64,000 nucleotides of DNA from an uncultured Hyphomicrobiales bacterium (GCA_964445695.1 CAYULF010000007.1:23638-87637), one strand, 5' to 3'. Positions 18,723 through 28,871 are shown, counted from the stretch's first letter. A program made the numbers and translations. The notes: generated from the sequence alone by a model not told the origin.

Positions 18723-19655
18723 ATGATCGGATATATTCTGCGCAAAATATTCTACGCCCTCGTGGTCCTGTGGGGCGTGATCACCGTCAGTTTTGTGATC
18801 ACGACCTTCATGCTGCCGGGCGACCCCGCGCGTCTGCAGATGGCGCAGCGAGCCGACGCCGAGTCGATAGCCGCCATCCGCGCCAAAATGGGCCTGGACC
18901 GCCCCTGGTACGAGCGCTACGCCGGTTTTGTCGGCAATATCGTGCTGCGCCAGGATCTGGGTCGCAGCTTCGCCACCAACCGCGACGTCGTGGAATCCAT
19001 CGGCGAACGCATTCCGGCGACGGCTCTGCTGGCGGGATCGGCGATGTTGTTCGCCACGATCGTCGGCATCTGCATCGGCGTCATTTCCTCCGTGCGGGCG
19101 CACACCTGGATTGACGGCGGCTCGATGAGTCTGGCCCTCCTCGGCATTTCCCTGCCCAGTTACGTCACCGGCCCTTTGCTTGCTCTTTTGTTTGTCACCG
19201 CGTGGGGATTATTGCCGCCCTCGGGCTACGTCTCGCGCGGTTGGGAGCACCTGATTCTGCCGGCTCTGACGCTGGGGATTCGCCCGCTTTCCATTATTGC
19301 GCGGGTGACGCGCGGCGCGATGCTCGAAACGCTGGACACGGACTTCATACGCACGGCGCGCAGCAAAGGCCTGGGCGAGAGCGCCGTGGTGCTCAAACAC
19401 GCGCTGCGCAATGCGCTCAACCCGGTGATCACGACCATCAGCGGCTGGGTGGCCGCAGTTCTGGCCGGCACCTTTTTCATCGAATACATTTTTTACTGGC
19501 CCGGCATCGGCCTGCTCACGATCAACGCGATCAATCAACTCGATTATCCGATGATCCAGGGCACCGTGCTGTTCACGGCCGTCATTTTTGTGCTGATCAA
19601 CCTGCTGGTCGACGTGGCATACGCCTGGCTTGACCCGCGCGTCCGCATGCGCTGA
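18723..19655 (+). CDS. ABC transporter permease, DppB/OppB family
   Basis: Six predicted TM segments. EAA-like region IRTARSKGLGESAVVLKHALRNAL. Overall DppB-like architecture. Confidence 0.9.
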   Translation: MIGYILRKIFYALVVLWGVITVSFVITTFMLPGDPARLQMAQRADAESIAAIRAKMGLDRPWYERYAGFVGNIVLRQDLGRSFATNRDVVESIGERIPATALLAGSAMLFATIVGICIGVISSVRAHTWIDGGSMSLALLGISLPSYVTGPLLALLFVTAWGLLPPSGYVSRGWEHLILPALTLGIRPLSIIARVTRGAMLETLDTDFIRTARSKGLGESAVVLKHALRNALNPVITTISGWVAAVLAGTFFIEYIFYWPGIGLLTINAINQLDYPMIQGTVLFTAVIFVLINLLVDVAYAWLDPRVRMR

Positions 19656-19670
19656 CGCGCCGCAACTACA

Positions 19671-20780
19671 ATGGACAACTCTGCCGCAGATATAGAAGGC
19701 GCAAAGCCGCAGGATTCACAGCGCGGGCCGGGACGGCGCGCGGAAAGCCTCTGGGCCGTTTCGTGGCGCAAACTGCGCCGCAACAAACCGGCGCTGATCG
19801 GCATGTACACCATCGTGCTGTTTGTGCTGATTGCGCTGTTTGCTCCGCTGATCAGCCCGCATCATCCCAATCAACAGATTCTGGAATATGCGATCAAACC
19901 GATGATGTTCCGCGGTGCGATTCTGCTGCGCGTGAACCCGGCCAACCCGGACGAACCGCTGGCGCTGCCCATCGCGGGATACAAGGTGCAAGGCGACTCC
20001 GTCCACTATTTCACCGGCGGCGCAAGCGAGCCCGAAGAGTCGGTTGTCGCCGCGGCGGAGCTGGCAGGCGACGGCCCGGACGACTGGTACAAAGAGCCGC
20101 TTTTTATCTTCGGAACGGACCGATTCGGCCGCGACATCTTCAGCCGCATTCTCGCCGGCGCGCGCATCAGCATCAGCGTCGGAATTTTTTCGCAATTTAT
20201 AGCTCTGACGATCGGCATGCTCCTGGGGGCGCTTGCGGGTTACTTCCGCGGCAGGACTGACGATGTCATACTGTGGCTGATCAACGTGGTCTGGTCATTC
20301 CCGTTCATTCTTTTGGTCATTGTTTTTTCGGTCATTCTGGGCGAAGGCTGGTGGCAGACCTTCACGGCCATCGGACTCGTGGCCTGGGTGGAAATTGCGC
20401 GAATCGTGCGCGGGCAGATTTTTTCCCTGCGCGAAACTGAATTCGTCGGCGCGGCGCGAGCGCTGGGATTCGGCGATGCGCGCATCATTTTGCGCCACAT
20501 CCTGCCGAATACCATCGGACCGGTCATGGTGCTGGTTACCGCCGGTTTTGCCAATGCAATTATCGCGGAGGCCGGGCTGAGTTTCCTGGGACTCGGGGTT
20601 CAGCCGCCGGACGCTTCGTGGGGGCAGATGATCAACGACGGGCGCGGCTACATCAGCGCCGGCGTGGGCTGGGAGCTGATTGTCTTCCCCAGCCTGGCCA
20701 TCGCTACGGCCGTCTTTGCGTTCAACGTTTTCGGCGACGGCCTGCGCGACGCCCTGGACCCGCGCCTGATCGAGAAGTGA
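19671..20780 (+). CDS. ABC transporter permease, DppC/OppC family, with extended periplasmic loop after TM1
   Basis: N-terminal OppC_N-like region. Conserved core FGTDRFGRDIFSRIL and VGAARALG...ILRHILPN. Confidence 0.9.
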   Translation: MDNSAADIEGAKPQDSQRGPGRRAESLWAVSWRKLRRNKPALIGMYTIVLFVLIALFAPLISPHHPNQQILEYAIKPMMFRGAILLRVNPANPDEPLALPIAGYKVQGDSVHYFTGGASEPEESVVAAAELAGDGPDDWYKEPLFIFGTDRFGRDIFSRILAGARISISVGIFSQFIALTIGMLLGALAGYFRGRTDDVILWLINVVWSFPFILLVIVFSVILGEGWWQTFTAIGLVAWVEIARIVRGQIFSLRETEFVGAARALGFGDARIILRHILPNTIGPVMVLVTAGFANAIIAEAGLSFLGLGVQPPDASWGQMINDGRGYISAGVGWELIVFPSLAIATAVFAFNVFGDGLRDALDPRLIEK

Positions 20781-20900
20781 CGGACATTCGGCGCAACAGC
20801 CCGTGAACACAAGGACAAAAAAGCCCCTCATTCACACAACCGACTCCGGCAACCCGGAGGTTAACCAAAGAAGGCTGTTTAAGGCAGTTCAGGTAATTCA

Positions 20901-21314
20901 ATGGAAAAACCAAACAACATATATGAAAACCTCACGGTCATGATCGTCGAGGACGATAAAACCCACCGCTGGGCGCTGCGCCAATGCCTGCAGGCCGGGC
21001 TGGGCGTCAAAATTATTGAGTGCGGCACGGGGCGCGATGCCGTGGATTCGCTCAAGAAATACGAACCCAACCTGATTATTCTGGACCTGCGCCTGCCCGA
21101 TTTTGACGGCGATGCGCTGCTGAATCGCATTCGCAAGGACGAACGCACGCGCGACATTCCCGTGCTGGTCTGTACGGCGCATTCCGAGCGGGAGATAATT
21201 ATGCGGCTGGTGGACCTGAAAATCAGCGGATGCATCGTCAAACCGTTTACGCACGACACCGTGCACGAAAAAGTCCGCGCCGCCTTTGATCAGCACCTCC
21301 ATATCGGGCACTGA
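20901..21314 (+). CDS. Single-domain response regulator (CheY-like receiver)
   Basis: VMIVEDD, phospho-acceptor Asp context ILDLRLPDFDG, conserved Thr/Lys region (CTAHSE...VKP). 137 aa. Confidence 0.8.
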   Translation: MEKPNNIYENLTVMIVEDDKTHRWALRQCLQAGLGVKIIECGTGRDAVDSLKKYEPNLIILDLRLPDFDGDALLNRIRKDERTRDIPVLVCTAHSEREIIMRLVDLKISGCIVKPFTHDTVHEKVRAAFDQHLHIGH

Positions 21315-21364
21315 AGCAGGCGGATGGACGTCGGCAGATTCCGGCGATCACTTTTCGGGAACAG

Positions 21365-21784
21365 GTGGAGAAGGTCATGAGTATCGACAGCGCTGATCCC
21401 TATCGCAATTTTGCCGTGCTGGTGGTGGACGACGACAGCGTGCATCGGCTGATCGTCAGGCGCACACTGCAACGCGAACTGAACCTGACGGTGCACGAAG
21501 CCAACGACGGACGCTCCGCTCTGCAGATGATGAAAACCATGATCCCCGACCTGCTCCTGCTGGACCTCAGCATGAAGGATATCGACGGTGACGCGGTGCT
21601 CAACCGCCTGCGCTACGACCAGGCTACGCGCGACATCCCGGTCATCATGTGCACGGCTGAAAACCAGCCCGCGACCATTAAACGGCTCATGGCGATGCGC
21701 ATCGACGGCTACATCGTAAAACCCTACACGACCGAACTGCTGGTGGAAAAAGTCAAAGCCGTTTTTGACAGGCATCTCAAGTAA
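21365..21784 (+). CDS. Single-domain response regulator (CheY-like receiver), paralog of the preceding gene
   Basis: VLVVDDD, LLLDLSMKDIDG, CTAEN...VKP. 139 aa. Confidence 0.8.
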   Translation: MEKVMSIDSADPYRNFAVLVVDDDSVHRLIVRRTLQRELNLTVHEANDGRSALQMMKTMIPDLLLLDLSMKDIDGDAVLNRLRYDQATRDIPVIMCTAENQPATIKRLMAMRIDGYIVKPYTTELLVEKVKAVFDRHLK

Positions 21785-21809
21785 TTCGCAAGGTCCGGGC
21801 ACAGGCAGC

Positions 21810-22892
21810 ATGTTAAAATCCGTCAGCGGCATCGAGTCTTTCGACAAAGCGCCCAACGTCCTCCTGATGTTCGGCGAAGAGGATTTCCTGCGCGAGGAAG
21901 CCTACGACCAGCTCATCAACAAACTGATTACGCCGGAAATAGCGGCATTTGACTTTGAGGTGCTGGACGGCAACGAGATCAGCGCGGAGGAGCTGGTGGA
22001 ACGCGCCGGAGCCTTCCCGATGATGGCCGAGCGCCGCACCGTCAGCGTGCGCCACTTCGACAAGATTGCGGGCGGCCGCGGCGGTAAAAAAAGCGACAAA
22101 AACAATCCCCTTTCCAAATTTCTTGCTCGTCCGCCTCAGTCGCTGTTCCTCATTCTGCAGGCCGCCGTGCCATCATTGAACGGCGTCAGCGCGGAGTTGC
22201 GCAATGCCAAACAAAAGGCGAAGGGCCAGAAAAAACTCAAGAACGCGCGTTTTCCCTGGAATCTCATCATCGAAAACGGCGAGTGGATTGAATTCCGCAA
22301 ACCCTACGACCGCGAGCTTCCGTCGTGGGTCGCCAAACGCGTCAAGTCCTTCGGCGCCAAAATCGAGCCCGAAGCCTGCGAACTGCTGCTCACCCAGACC
22401 GGCGCCTCGCTGCGCGCCCTGGCGGCGGAAGTCGACAAAGTGCTGACTTACATCGGCGAGAAACGCGAGATCACGCGCGACGACATCGCCGCAATCACCG
22501 GCGCGTCCAAAACCTGGAACGTGTTTGAACTTCAAAAGGCGATCGGCCGCGGCGACGCCGTGGCAGCGCTGCGCATCATGGAACGCATGGTAACCATGGC
22601 TCGGCAGGAGCTGATGATCATCACGATGCTGGCGCGCTACTTTACGATCCTGTGGAAACTGGGCGACGCACAACGACTGAGCCGCGACAAGTACCAGCTG
22701 GCGGGCACGGTGGGGATCAGTCCCTTTTTTGTGCCGGACTATCTGGACGCGCTGAACGTCTTTCCGCCGGCGAGCGTGGAGAACGCGCTGCGCGCACTGG
22801 CGGAGGCGGAGATGCGCCTGAAATCGACGCCGGAAGACCCGCTGATCGTCCTGCAAAACGCACTGGTGCGCATCCTGGAAAACCGCATCTGA
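21810..22892 (+). CDS. holA: DNA polymerase III subunit delta. ORF track start 21765 overlaps the upstream gene; Met 21810 preferred.
   Basis: N-terminal LLMFGEEDFLREEAY pattern, overall length about 360 aa, helical C-terminal domain typical of HolA. Confidence 0.75.
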   Translation: MLKSVSGIESFDKAPNVLLMFGEEDFLREEAYDQLINKLITPEIAAFDFEVLDGNEISAEELVERAGAFPMMAERRTVSVRHFDKIAGGRGGKKSDKNNPLSKFLARPPQSLFLILQAAVPSLNGVSAELRNAKQKAKGQKKLKNARFPWNLIIENGEWIEFRKPYDRELPSWVAKRVKSFGAKIEPEACELLLTQTGASLRALAAEVDKVLTYIGEKREITRDDIAAITGASKTWNVFELQKAIGRGDAVAALRIMERMVTMARQELMIITMLARYFTILWKLGDAQRLSRDKYQLAGTVGISPFFVPDYLDALNVFPPASVENALRALAEAEMRLKSTPEDPLIVLQNALVRILENRI

Positions 22893-23010
22893 GCGCGCTC
22901 CGCCGCCGCGCGACGCGTCGCTCCCCACTCTGTGCCGAAAAAAAGCCTTATCTTGCGGACTTGCAGTCAGCGATTTCAGCTCACTTTATACAGTCCGTTA
23001 TACATCGGCC

Positions 23011-24723
23011 ATGCGTTATTCAACGACCTTTATCCCCACCTTGAAGGAAGTACCTTCCGAGGCTCAGATTCCCTCACATCAACTGATGATCCGTGCCGGG
23101 ATGGCGCGCTCGCTGGCTTCCGGCGTGTACTCCTTCCTGCCGCTCGGTTATATCGTCGTTAAAAAAGTCATGCAGATCCTGCGCGAGGAAATGGACGCCA
23201 TCGGCGGCCAGGAATTCCACCTGCCGGCGCTCAACCCGATTGAAATCTGGGAGCAGACCGGCCGCGTAGCGGAAATGGACGACGTGCTCTTTCACATCAA
23301 AAACCGCGACGGCCTGGTGCTTGCGCCGACGCACGAGGAGATCATCGCCTACCACGCGCGCCAGCACATCAAATCCTACAAGGATCTGCCGCAGATCTGG
23401 TACCAGATCCAGACAAAGTTCCGCAACGAGCCGCGTCCGCGCTCGGGCGTACTGCGCGGCCGCCAGTTCGTGATGAAAGATTCCTACACGCTGGACGCCA
23501 CGACGGACGGACTGGACGCAGGGTATGAAAAACATCGACAGGCCTACGAGCGCATCTTCACGCGCTGCGGCCTGAACTTTTTCTCCGTCGGCGCATCGTC
23601 CGGTGCGATGGGCGGCAGCGGTTCGCAGGAGTTCATGGTCGAGTCCGACCACGGCGAGGACACCTGTGCGCTGGCCGAGGACAACTCCTATGCCGCGAAT
23701 ATCGAAGTGGCGACGTCGTGGATGCCGCCGATCGAACGCGTGCCGGGCGACGACGCCATCGAAAAATTTGACACGCCCGCAGCCAAAACGATCAACGACC
23801 TGATCAACAAACACGGCATCCCCGAAGAGCGCTGTGCCAAGTCCGTCGTGTACATCGCCGACGGCGAGCCGCTGCTGATCCTGATGTGCGGCAACGACGA
23901 ACTCAACGAGGAAAAACTGGCGCGCGCGCTGGACACGACGCAGTTCCGCCCCGCAGAAGAAAACGAGCTTGTGGCCAACACCGGCGCGCACGGCGGCTCG
24001 ATCGGGCCTGTCGGCCTCAAAAACCCGAAAATGCGCATCATCGCCGACCTGCGCCTGAAAGGCGTCAACGGCCTGGTGAGCGGCGCAAACGAGGACGGGC
24101 AGCACTATCGCAACATCGATCTGGAGCGCGACGCGACGATCGAGTCCTGGCACGACCTGCGCGTCGTCCAGGAAGGCGAGCGCGTCGGCGGCCCGGACGG
24201 TCCGAAACTGCGCGTGGTGCGCGCCATCGAGATCGGCCACATCTTCAAACTGGGCACCAAATACTCCAAAGCGCTCAATGCGGTCTTTCTGGATGAAAAC
24301 GGTCGTGAACACCCGATCATCATGGGCAGCTACGGCATCGGCGTCGAGCGAATCGTGGCCTGTTACATCGAGCAGAACCACGACGAGTTGGGCATCCGCT
24401 GGAATGCGGCGCTGACGCCCTACGACGTGCAGATCGTCGGCATGAATACCAAAAAGTCGGAGACCGTGCGCGCCGCGTGCGAAGAGCTGGAAGCCGAGCT
24501 GCAAGCCGCCGGTCTGACAGTGCTCTACGACGATCGTCCGGTCTCGCCCGGCGTCAAGTTCAAAGACGCCGACCTGCTCGGTTTCCCCGTGCAGCTCGTG
24601 GTGGGCGACAAAAATCTGGACAACGGCCAGGTGGAAGTCAAAAGCCGCAAAACCGGCGAGCGCGAGCTTACAGCCCGCGAGAACGCGCTGGAAGCCGTCC
24701 TCAAAGTGCTCGCCGCGTCATAA
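23011..24723 (+). CDS. proS: Proline--tRNA ligase
   Basis: Class II aaRS motifs (FRNEPRPRSGVLRGRQFVMKDSY...), ProRS anticodon-binding C-terminal region. 570 aa. Confidence 0.92.
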   Translation: MRYSTTFIPTLKEVPSEAQIPSHQLMIRAGMARSLASGVYSFLPLGYIVVKKVMQILREEMDAIGGQEFHLPALNPIEIWEQTGRVAEMDDVLFHIKNRDGLVLAPTHEEIIAYHARQHIKSYKDLPQIWYQIQTKFRNEPRPRSGVLRGRQFVMKDSYTLDATTDGLDAGYEKHRQAYERIFTRCGLNFFSVGASSGAMGGSGSQEFMVESDHGEDTCALAEDNSYAANIEVATSWMPPIERVPGDDAIEKFDTPAAKTINDLINKHGIPEERCAKSVVYIADGEPLLILMCGNDELNEEKLARALDTTQFRPAEENELVANTGAHGGSIGPVGLKNPKMRIIADLRLKGVNGLVSGANEDGQHYRNIDLERDATIESWHDLRVVQEGERVGGPDGPKLRVVRAIEIGHIFKLGTKYSKALNAVFLDENGREHPIIMGSYGIGVERIVACYIEQNHDELGIRWNAALTPYDVQIVGMNTKKSETVRAACEELEAELQAAGLTVLYDDRPVSPGVKFKDADLLGFPVQLVVGDKNLDNGQVEVKSRKTGERELTARENALEAVLKVLAAS

Positions 24724-24741
24724 GCGACGCAGCCGCGCGCT

Positions 24742-25653
24742 GTGCGCCTGAAACACGGCGACAATCAAAAAGTCATCAATAGTCAAGGAAACAACAGGCC
24801 GGTGATCAATCCCCTGCTGGAAGGCGAAGAACGCGCAGATCTGCACATGCATACCACCGTGTCGGACGGCATGCTGAGTCCGACCGAACTGGTGTACAAG
24901 GCGGCCGAGCGCGGCCTGAAAGCTATTGCTATCACCGATCACGATACGGTCGGCGGCGTAGCCGAGGCGCAGGCGGCGGCGCGCGACGTCGGCATCGAAT
25001 GCATCAGCGGCATCGAGTTTTCAAGTGTTCAACCGCAGGGCGAGACACATATCCTGGCGTATTTTGTCGATCCGGACTCAGCCACGCTGCAGGCGCACAT
25101 TAAACGCTGCGACGAAGCGCGCGAACAACGCATCCGCGATATCGCCGTCAAACTCAACGCTCTGGGCCTGGCGATCAAACAGGACGATATTTTCGATCGG
25201 GCCGGCGGCAGTGCGGGGCGCGTACACGTGGCGCAGGAAATGGTGGCACGCGGTTACGTTACGACGGTGCGGCGCGCCTTTGTGGAATACCTGGCGGAGC
25301 GGCGTCCGGCCTACGTGCCCAAGTGGAGTTTTTCGGCGCAGGAAGCCTGCGATCTGGCGCGTAAAAGCGGCGGAGTGGCGGTGCTGGCGCACCCCGGCAA
25401 AACCCTGCGCAACAAGTTTTTCTACGAGATGATCCAGAGCGGGCTGGACGGCGTGGAGATTGTGCATCCTAGCCACAGCCGACGCCTGCAACAGAAGTAC
25501 GCCGGGCTGGCGCACGCCTACAAATTACTGATGTCGGGCGGCAGCGACTACCACGGATCGCGGCCCTTTGACGAGCGCAATCTGGGGACCTTTACGGTGC
25601 CGCTGAAAATGCTGGAGCGCCTGCGCGAGCGCGCCGCAGGACGCAGCAACTGA
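24742..25653 (+). CDS. PHP-domain metal-dependent phosphoesterase (TrpH/YciV-like); start uncertain
   Basis: DLHMHTTVSDG and ITDHDTVGG PHP motifs. Confidence 0.75.
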   Translation: MRLKHGDNQKVINSQGNNRPVINPLLEGEERADLHMHTTVSDGMLSPTELVYKAAERGLKAIAITDHDTVGGVAEAQAAARDVGIECISGIEFSSVQPQGETHILAYFVDPDSATLQAHIKRCDEAREQRIRDIAVKLNALGLAIKQDDIFDRAGGSAGRVHVAQEMVARGYVTTVRRAFVEYLAERRPAYVPKWSFSAQEACDLARKSGGVAVLAHPGKTLRNKFFYEMIQSGLDGVEIVHPSHSRRLQQKYAGLAHAYKLLMSGGSDYHGSRPFDERNLGTFTVPLKMLERLRERAAGRSN

Positions 25654-25750
25654 AATTTTGCCTTGCGGAAATGACTGTTTCCGCCAATTTTTGCAGACTA
25701 ATTTTCCAGAAACGACCAAGGGCCTGCCGGCCAACCCATCGGAGCGGACC

Positions 25751-26260
25751 ATGCCTCTATCGCATCATACCCACGGACTTCCCCGCGTTATCGAAGGCGA
25801 TTTCAACGCCGCGGGCAAACGATTCGCGCTGGCCGTGGCGCGCTGGAATGAGTTTATCGTGGACCGCCTGGTGGAAGGCGCGCTGGATGCGCTCTACCGT
25901 CACGGCGCCAAACGCGAGGACGTGACGATCGTTTACTGTCCGGGCAGTTTTGAGCTGCCGATGCTGACCGATCGCCTGGCGCAAAGCGGCGATTTCGACG
26001 CGGTCATCGTCCTGGGCGCTGTCATCCGCGGCGCCACACCGCACTTCGACTACGTAGCGGGTACGGCGGCCAGCGGCGTGGCGGCGGCGGCAACGGAGAG
26101 CGGAACGCCGTGTTTATTGGGCATATTAACGACGGACACGATCGAGCAGGCGATCGAACGCGCCGGAACCAAGGCCGGCAACAAAGGATTTGAAGCGGCG
26201 ATGGCGGCGATAGAAATGGCTTCGCTCTTCGAGAAACTGCCGCCGGCGAGCGACGACTAA
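25751..26260 (+). CDS. ribH: 6,7-dimethyl-8-ribityllumazine synthase. ORF track start 25658 is an upstream extension; Met 25751 is preceded by GGAGCGG.
   Basis: RFALAVARWNEFIVDRLVEGA...VIVLGAVIRGATPHFDYV typical RibH. Confidence 0.88.
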   Translation: MPLSHHTHGLPRVIEGDFNAAGKRFALAVARWNEFIVDRLVEGALDALYRHGAKREDVTIVYCPGSFELPMLTDRLAQSGDFDAVIVLGAVIRGATPHFDYVAGTAASGVAAAATESGTPCLLGILTTDTIEQAIERAGTKAGNKGFEAAMAAIEMASLFEKLPPASDD

Positions 26261-26386
26261 AAATGTTAACGCGCCGATACAAAGCGCGCTTTGGAATGTT
26301 TTACGCGGAGAACGGCCTATTCACTTTGTTCCGATTGTTTAATCGTTTGCGGCGTCGGCGCACGACGCTGAATACTATGTTAAAGG

Positions 26387-28705
26387 TTGGACAGTATGAC
26401 CGCCTCCTCTTGCAAGTTTGTTAAGCGGCGCAGGTGCGCCGAATTTCCGCGTTTGTTCAGAACGTATTTCCCTTTTGTTTGCCTGATTCTTTTGTTTGTC
26501 ACCGCGTCTCGCGTTGCAGCGCAGGTGCGCCTCGATGAGTGGATAACGTATTCGTCGATGGTGGACGTGCGCGCCGCGGATACCGACGCCGACGGCCTGA
26601 TCTGGTGCGGAACCTCCGGCGGCGTTTTCAGCTACGACGCACAGAACGAAGAATACGGAGAATACCGCAACATCGACGCGCTCAGCGAACTTAACATCAC
26701 AGCGCTGAAAGTCGATCCGGTTGAGAACTTCGTCTACGCCGGCAGTGTAAATGGATTCGTCGACATCTGGGACGGCGAACAGTGGATTAACATTCGCGAC
26801 ATCAACGACAACTCGGACGACTTCCCTTCCGTCACGGTCAACGACTTTTTGTTTACACCCGAAGTTGTGATCGTGGCGACGGACTTCGGCATGGTATTGT
26901 TCGACCGCGCGACACGGACTTTTCCCTCGACGATTACAAACTTTGCCGGCCAGCGCGAAATCTCGGTGCGGCAGATTCTGATTGTCGACAACGTGATCTG
27001 GGGCGCGACGTCCGTCGGCGTCATTCGCGCCGAGCTGACGCCGCAGTTTTTTGCCTTCCCGTCCAATCCCGCCAACTGGGAACTGTTTGTGGTAGGTTTT
27101 GACGACCCGCTCGTCACGGACGTAACGGTGTTGAACGGCGTCATTCACGTCTCAAACGCCAATCGCATCCTGCGCTTTGAGGACAGTACGTTTGTTGAAG
27201 TCAAGGAGATTGAGCTGGAAGTCAACAGCATGACCGTCATCAACGGCCAGCTGTTTGCCCTGACGCCTTTTGACATTCGCAACATTGAAGGCGGCGTGTA
27301 CTACGGCAACAACGACCTGGCGCGCGCTTTTACGGCGGTGGATACCTTGCGTCGCAACGGCGTCGACGAACTGCACATATTAACGAGCACAATCGGCGCA
27401 TTCACGCTGGACGCGCAGGCGCAGGCCAATCCGGCCGTGGCGCCCAACACTCCCGCGGGCAATCGCTTCCGCGACCTGACGGTGGACGAAAGCGGCGTGT
27501 TGTGGTGCGCCAGCGCACATCCGGCCGGCTCGGGCGTGTATCGTCTGATCGACGGCGCCTGGGAGAACTTTACGCGCACGACGCGCGAGGAAATCGAGGG
27601 CAACGACATCTACCGCATTCAGGCGATGAACGACGGATCGGTCTGGGCCGGTTCCTGGGGCAACGGCGCATATCGCTTTGGTCCGCAGGCCCCGCCGGAG
27701 ATAGATCTGTTCGACGAGCAAAACTCGCCGCTGCAAGGCTTCGACAGCAACAATCCCAGCTTTGTGCTGCTGGGCGATATTAAACGCGACGAATTCCGCG
27801 GCTACACCTGGCTGCTCAACAAAGACGGCGACCGCCTGGTCTCCTGGTCGGAAACGGCCGGTTTTGAGACGTTTAACATCAACCGCGAGATCGACATGCT
27901 CTTTCTGTCGATCGACGCTTCCGGCACCAAGTGGATCGGCGGCGACGCGGACCGCGGCCTGTGGTACTTCAACGAGCGCTTTGACCGCGCGGCGAGTTCG
28001 GACGACGTCTTCGGCACGCTTAACACAAGCAACTCGCCGCTGCAGGAAAACTCTCAGACGACGGTGGAAGTCGACCTGAGCGATCAGGTCTGGGTCGGCA
28101 GCGCGCGCAATCTCTACGTCATCGCCAATCCCTTTGCCGTGCTGACGGGCGACCGAATCTTCCTGCGTGCGATCACTGACCTCGCCGGACAGTTTGTCAA
28201 CGACATCATGGTGGACCCGGTCAACAACAAGTGGGTGGCCACGAACAACGGCGTCTGGGTCATCAACGACGATGGCACGGAGGTCCTGGCGCAGATCACG
28301 ACGCGCAACTCCCCGCTGGTTAGCAACGAGGTTTTGTCGCTGGCCAACGATCCCAACAGCGGCCGGGTGTACATGGGCACGGACGACGGCCTTTCCTGCG
28401 TGCAGACGCTGGCTGTGCGCGCCAATCCCGACTTCAGCGATCTGCGCTGTTATCCGCAGCCTTACATCCCCACCGAGGACGACGAGCTGGTGATCGACGG
28501 CCTGGCGGAGCAAAGCACGGTCAAGGTGAGCACGGTTGACGGTATTCTGGTGCGTTCGCTGAGCGCTTTGAACTCGCGCACGGTTATCTGGGACGGTCTG
28601 GACGAACGCGGACAGGAGGCTCCGAGCGGCGTGTATATCATTTCGAGCTTCTCGGAGACGCTGTCTGAGGCGGGCCAGACAAAGGCGGTATTGATCCGTC
28701 GCTAG
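26387..28705 (+). CDS. Two-component-regulator-propeller (Reg_prop) double beta-propeller protein with T9SS C-terminal domain; PorZ-like candidate
   Basis: 772 aa. Many Reg_prop-like blades (W.G...G). C-terminal CYPQPY...GVYIISSF...AVLIRR tail. Architecture and size match PorZ of the T9SS attachment complex (established knowledge). Confidence 0.6.
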   Translation: MDSMTASSCKFVKRRRCAEFPRLFRTYFPFVCLILLFVTASRVAAQVRLDEWITYSSMVDVRAADTDADGLIWCGTSGGVFSYDAQNEEYGEYRNIDALSELNITALKVDPVENFVYAGSVNGFVDIWDGEQWINIRDINDNSDDFPSVTVNDFLFTPEVVIVATDFGMVLFDRATRTFPSTITNFAGQREISVRQILIVDNVIWGATSVGVIRAELTPQFFAFPSNPANWELFVVGFDDPLVTDVTVLNGVIHVSNANRILRFEDSTFVEVKEIELEVNSMTVINGQLFALTPFDIRNIEGGVYYGNNDLARAFTAVDTLRRNGVDELHILTSTIGAFTLDAQAQANPAVAPNTPAGNRFRDLTVDESGVLWCASAHPAGSGVYRLIDGAWENFTRTTREEIEGNDIYRIQAMNDGSVWAGSWGNGAYRFGPQAPPEIDLFDEQNSPLQGFDSNNPSFVLLGDIKRDEFRGYTWLLNKDGDRLVSWSETAGFETFNINREIDMLFLSIDASGTKWIGGDADRGLWYFNERFDRAASSDDVFGTLNTSNSPLQENSQTTVEVDLSDQVWVGSARNLYVIANPFAVLTGDRIFLRAITDLAGQFVNDIMVDPVNNKWVATNNGVWVINDDGTEVLAQITTRNSPLVSNEVLSLANDPNSGRVYMGTDDGLSCVQTLAVRANPDFSDLRCYPQPYIPTEDDELVIDGLAEQSTVKVSTVDGILVRSLSALNSRTVIWDGLDERGQEAPSGVYIISSFSETLSEAGQTKAVLIRR

Positions 28706-28771
28706 AAAAAAAACTTATCCACACGTATTGCCGGAAAATAAAAATACCGTAATTTTAAGGCTATCCACTTT

Positions 28772-28854
28772 GCGGAAGTGGCGGAATGGCAGACGCGCCA
28801 TCTTGAGGGGGTGGTGTCTTAATTGACGTGCGGGTTCAAGTCCCGCCTTCCGCA
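28772..28854 (+). tRNA. tRNA-Leu (anticodon GAG), CCA not encoded
   Basis: Hand-folded cloverleaf: acceptor GCGGAAG/CTTCCGC; anticodon stem CCATC/GGTGG with loop TTGAGGG (anticodon GAG at 34-36); long variable arm; T-arm GCGGG-TTCAAGT-CCCGC; discriminator A. Confidence 0.85.
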
Positions 28855-28871
28855 CGCAACTCAATCTCAAA

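Noticed and set aside
25658-25750. N-terminal extensions suggested by the ORF track for ribH (25658), holA (21765), the ABC exporter (43437), fbaB (42074), the S8 protease (10953), the BNR protein (6404) and the 1227-aa cargo (16882)
   Set aside because: Family-typical N-termini or signal peptides begin at internal Met codons; the extensions are open reading frame read-through upstream of the real starts, common in GC-rich DNA.
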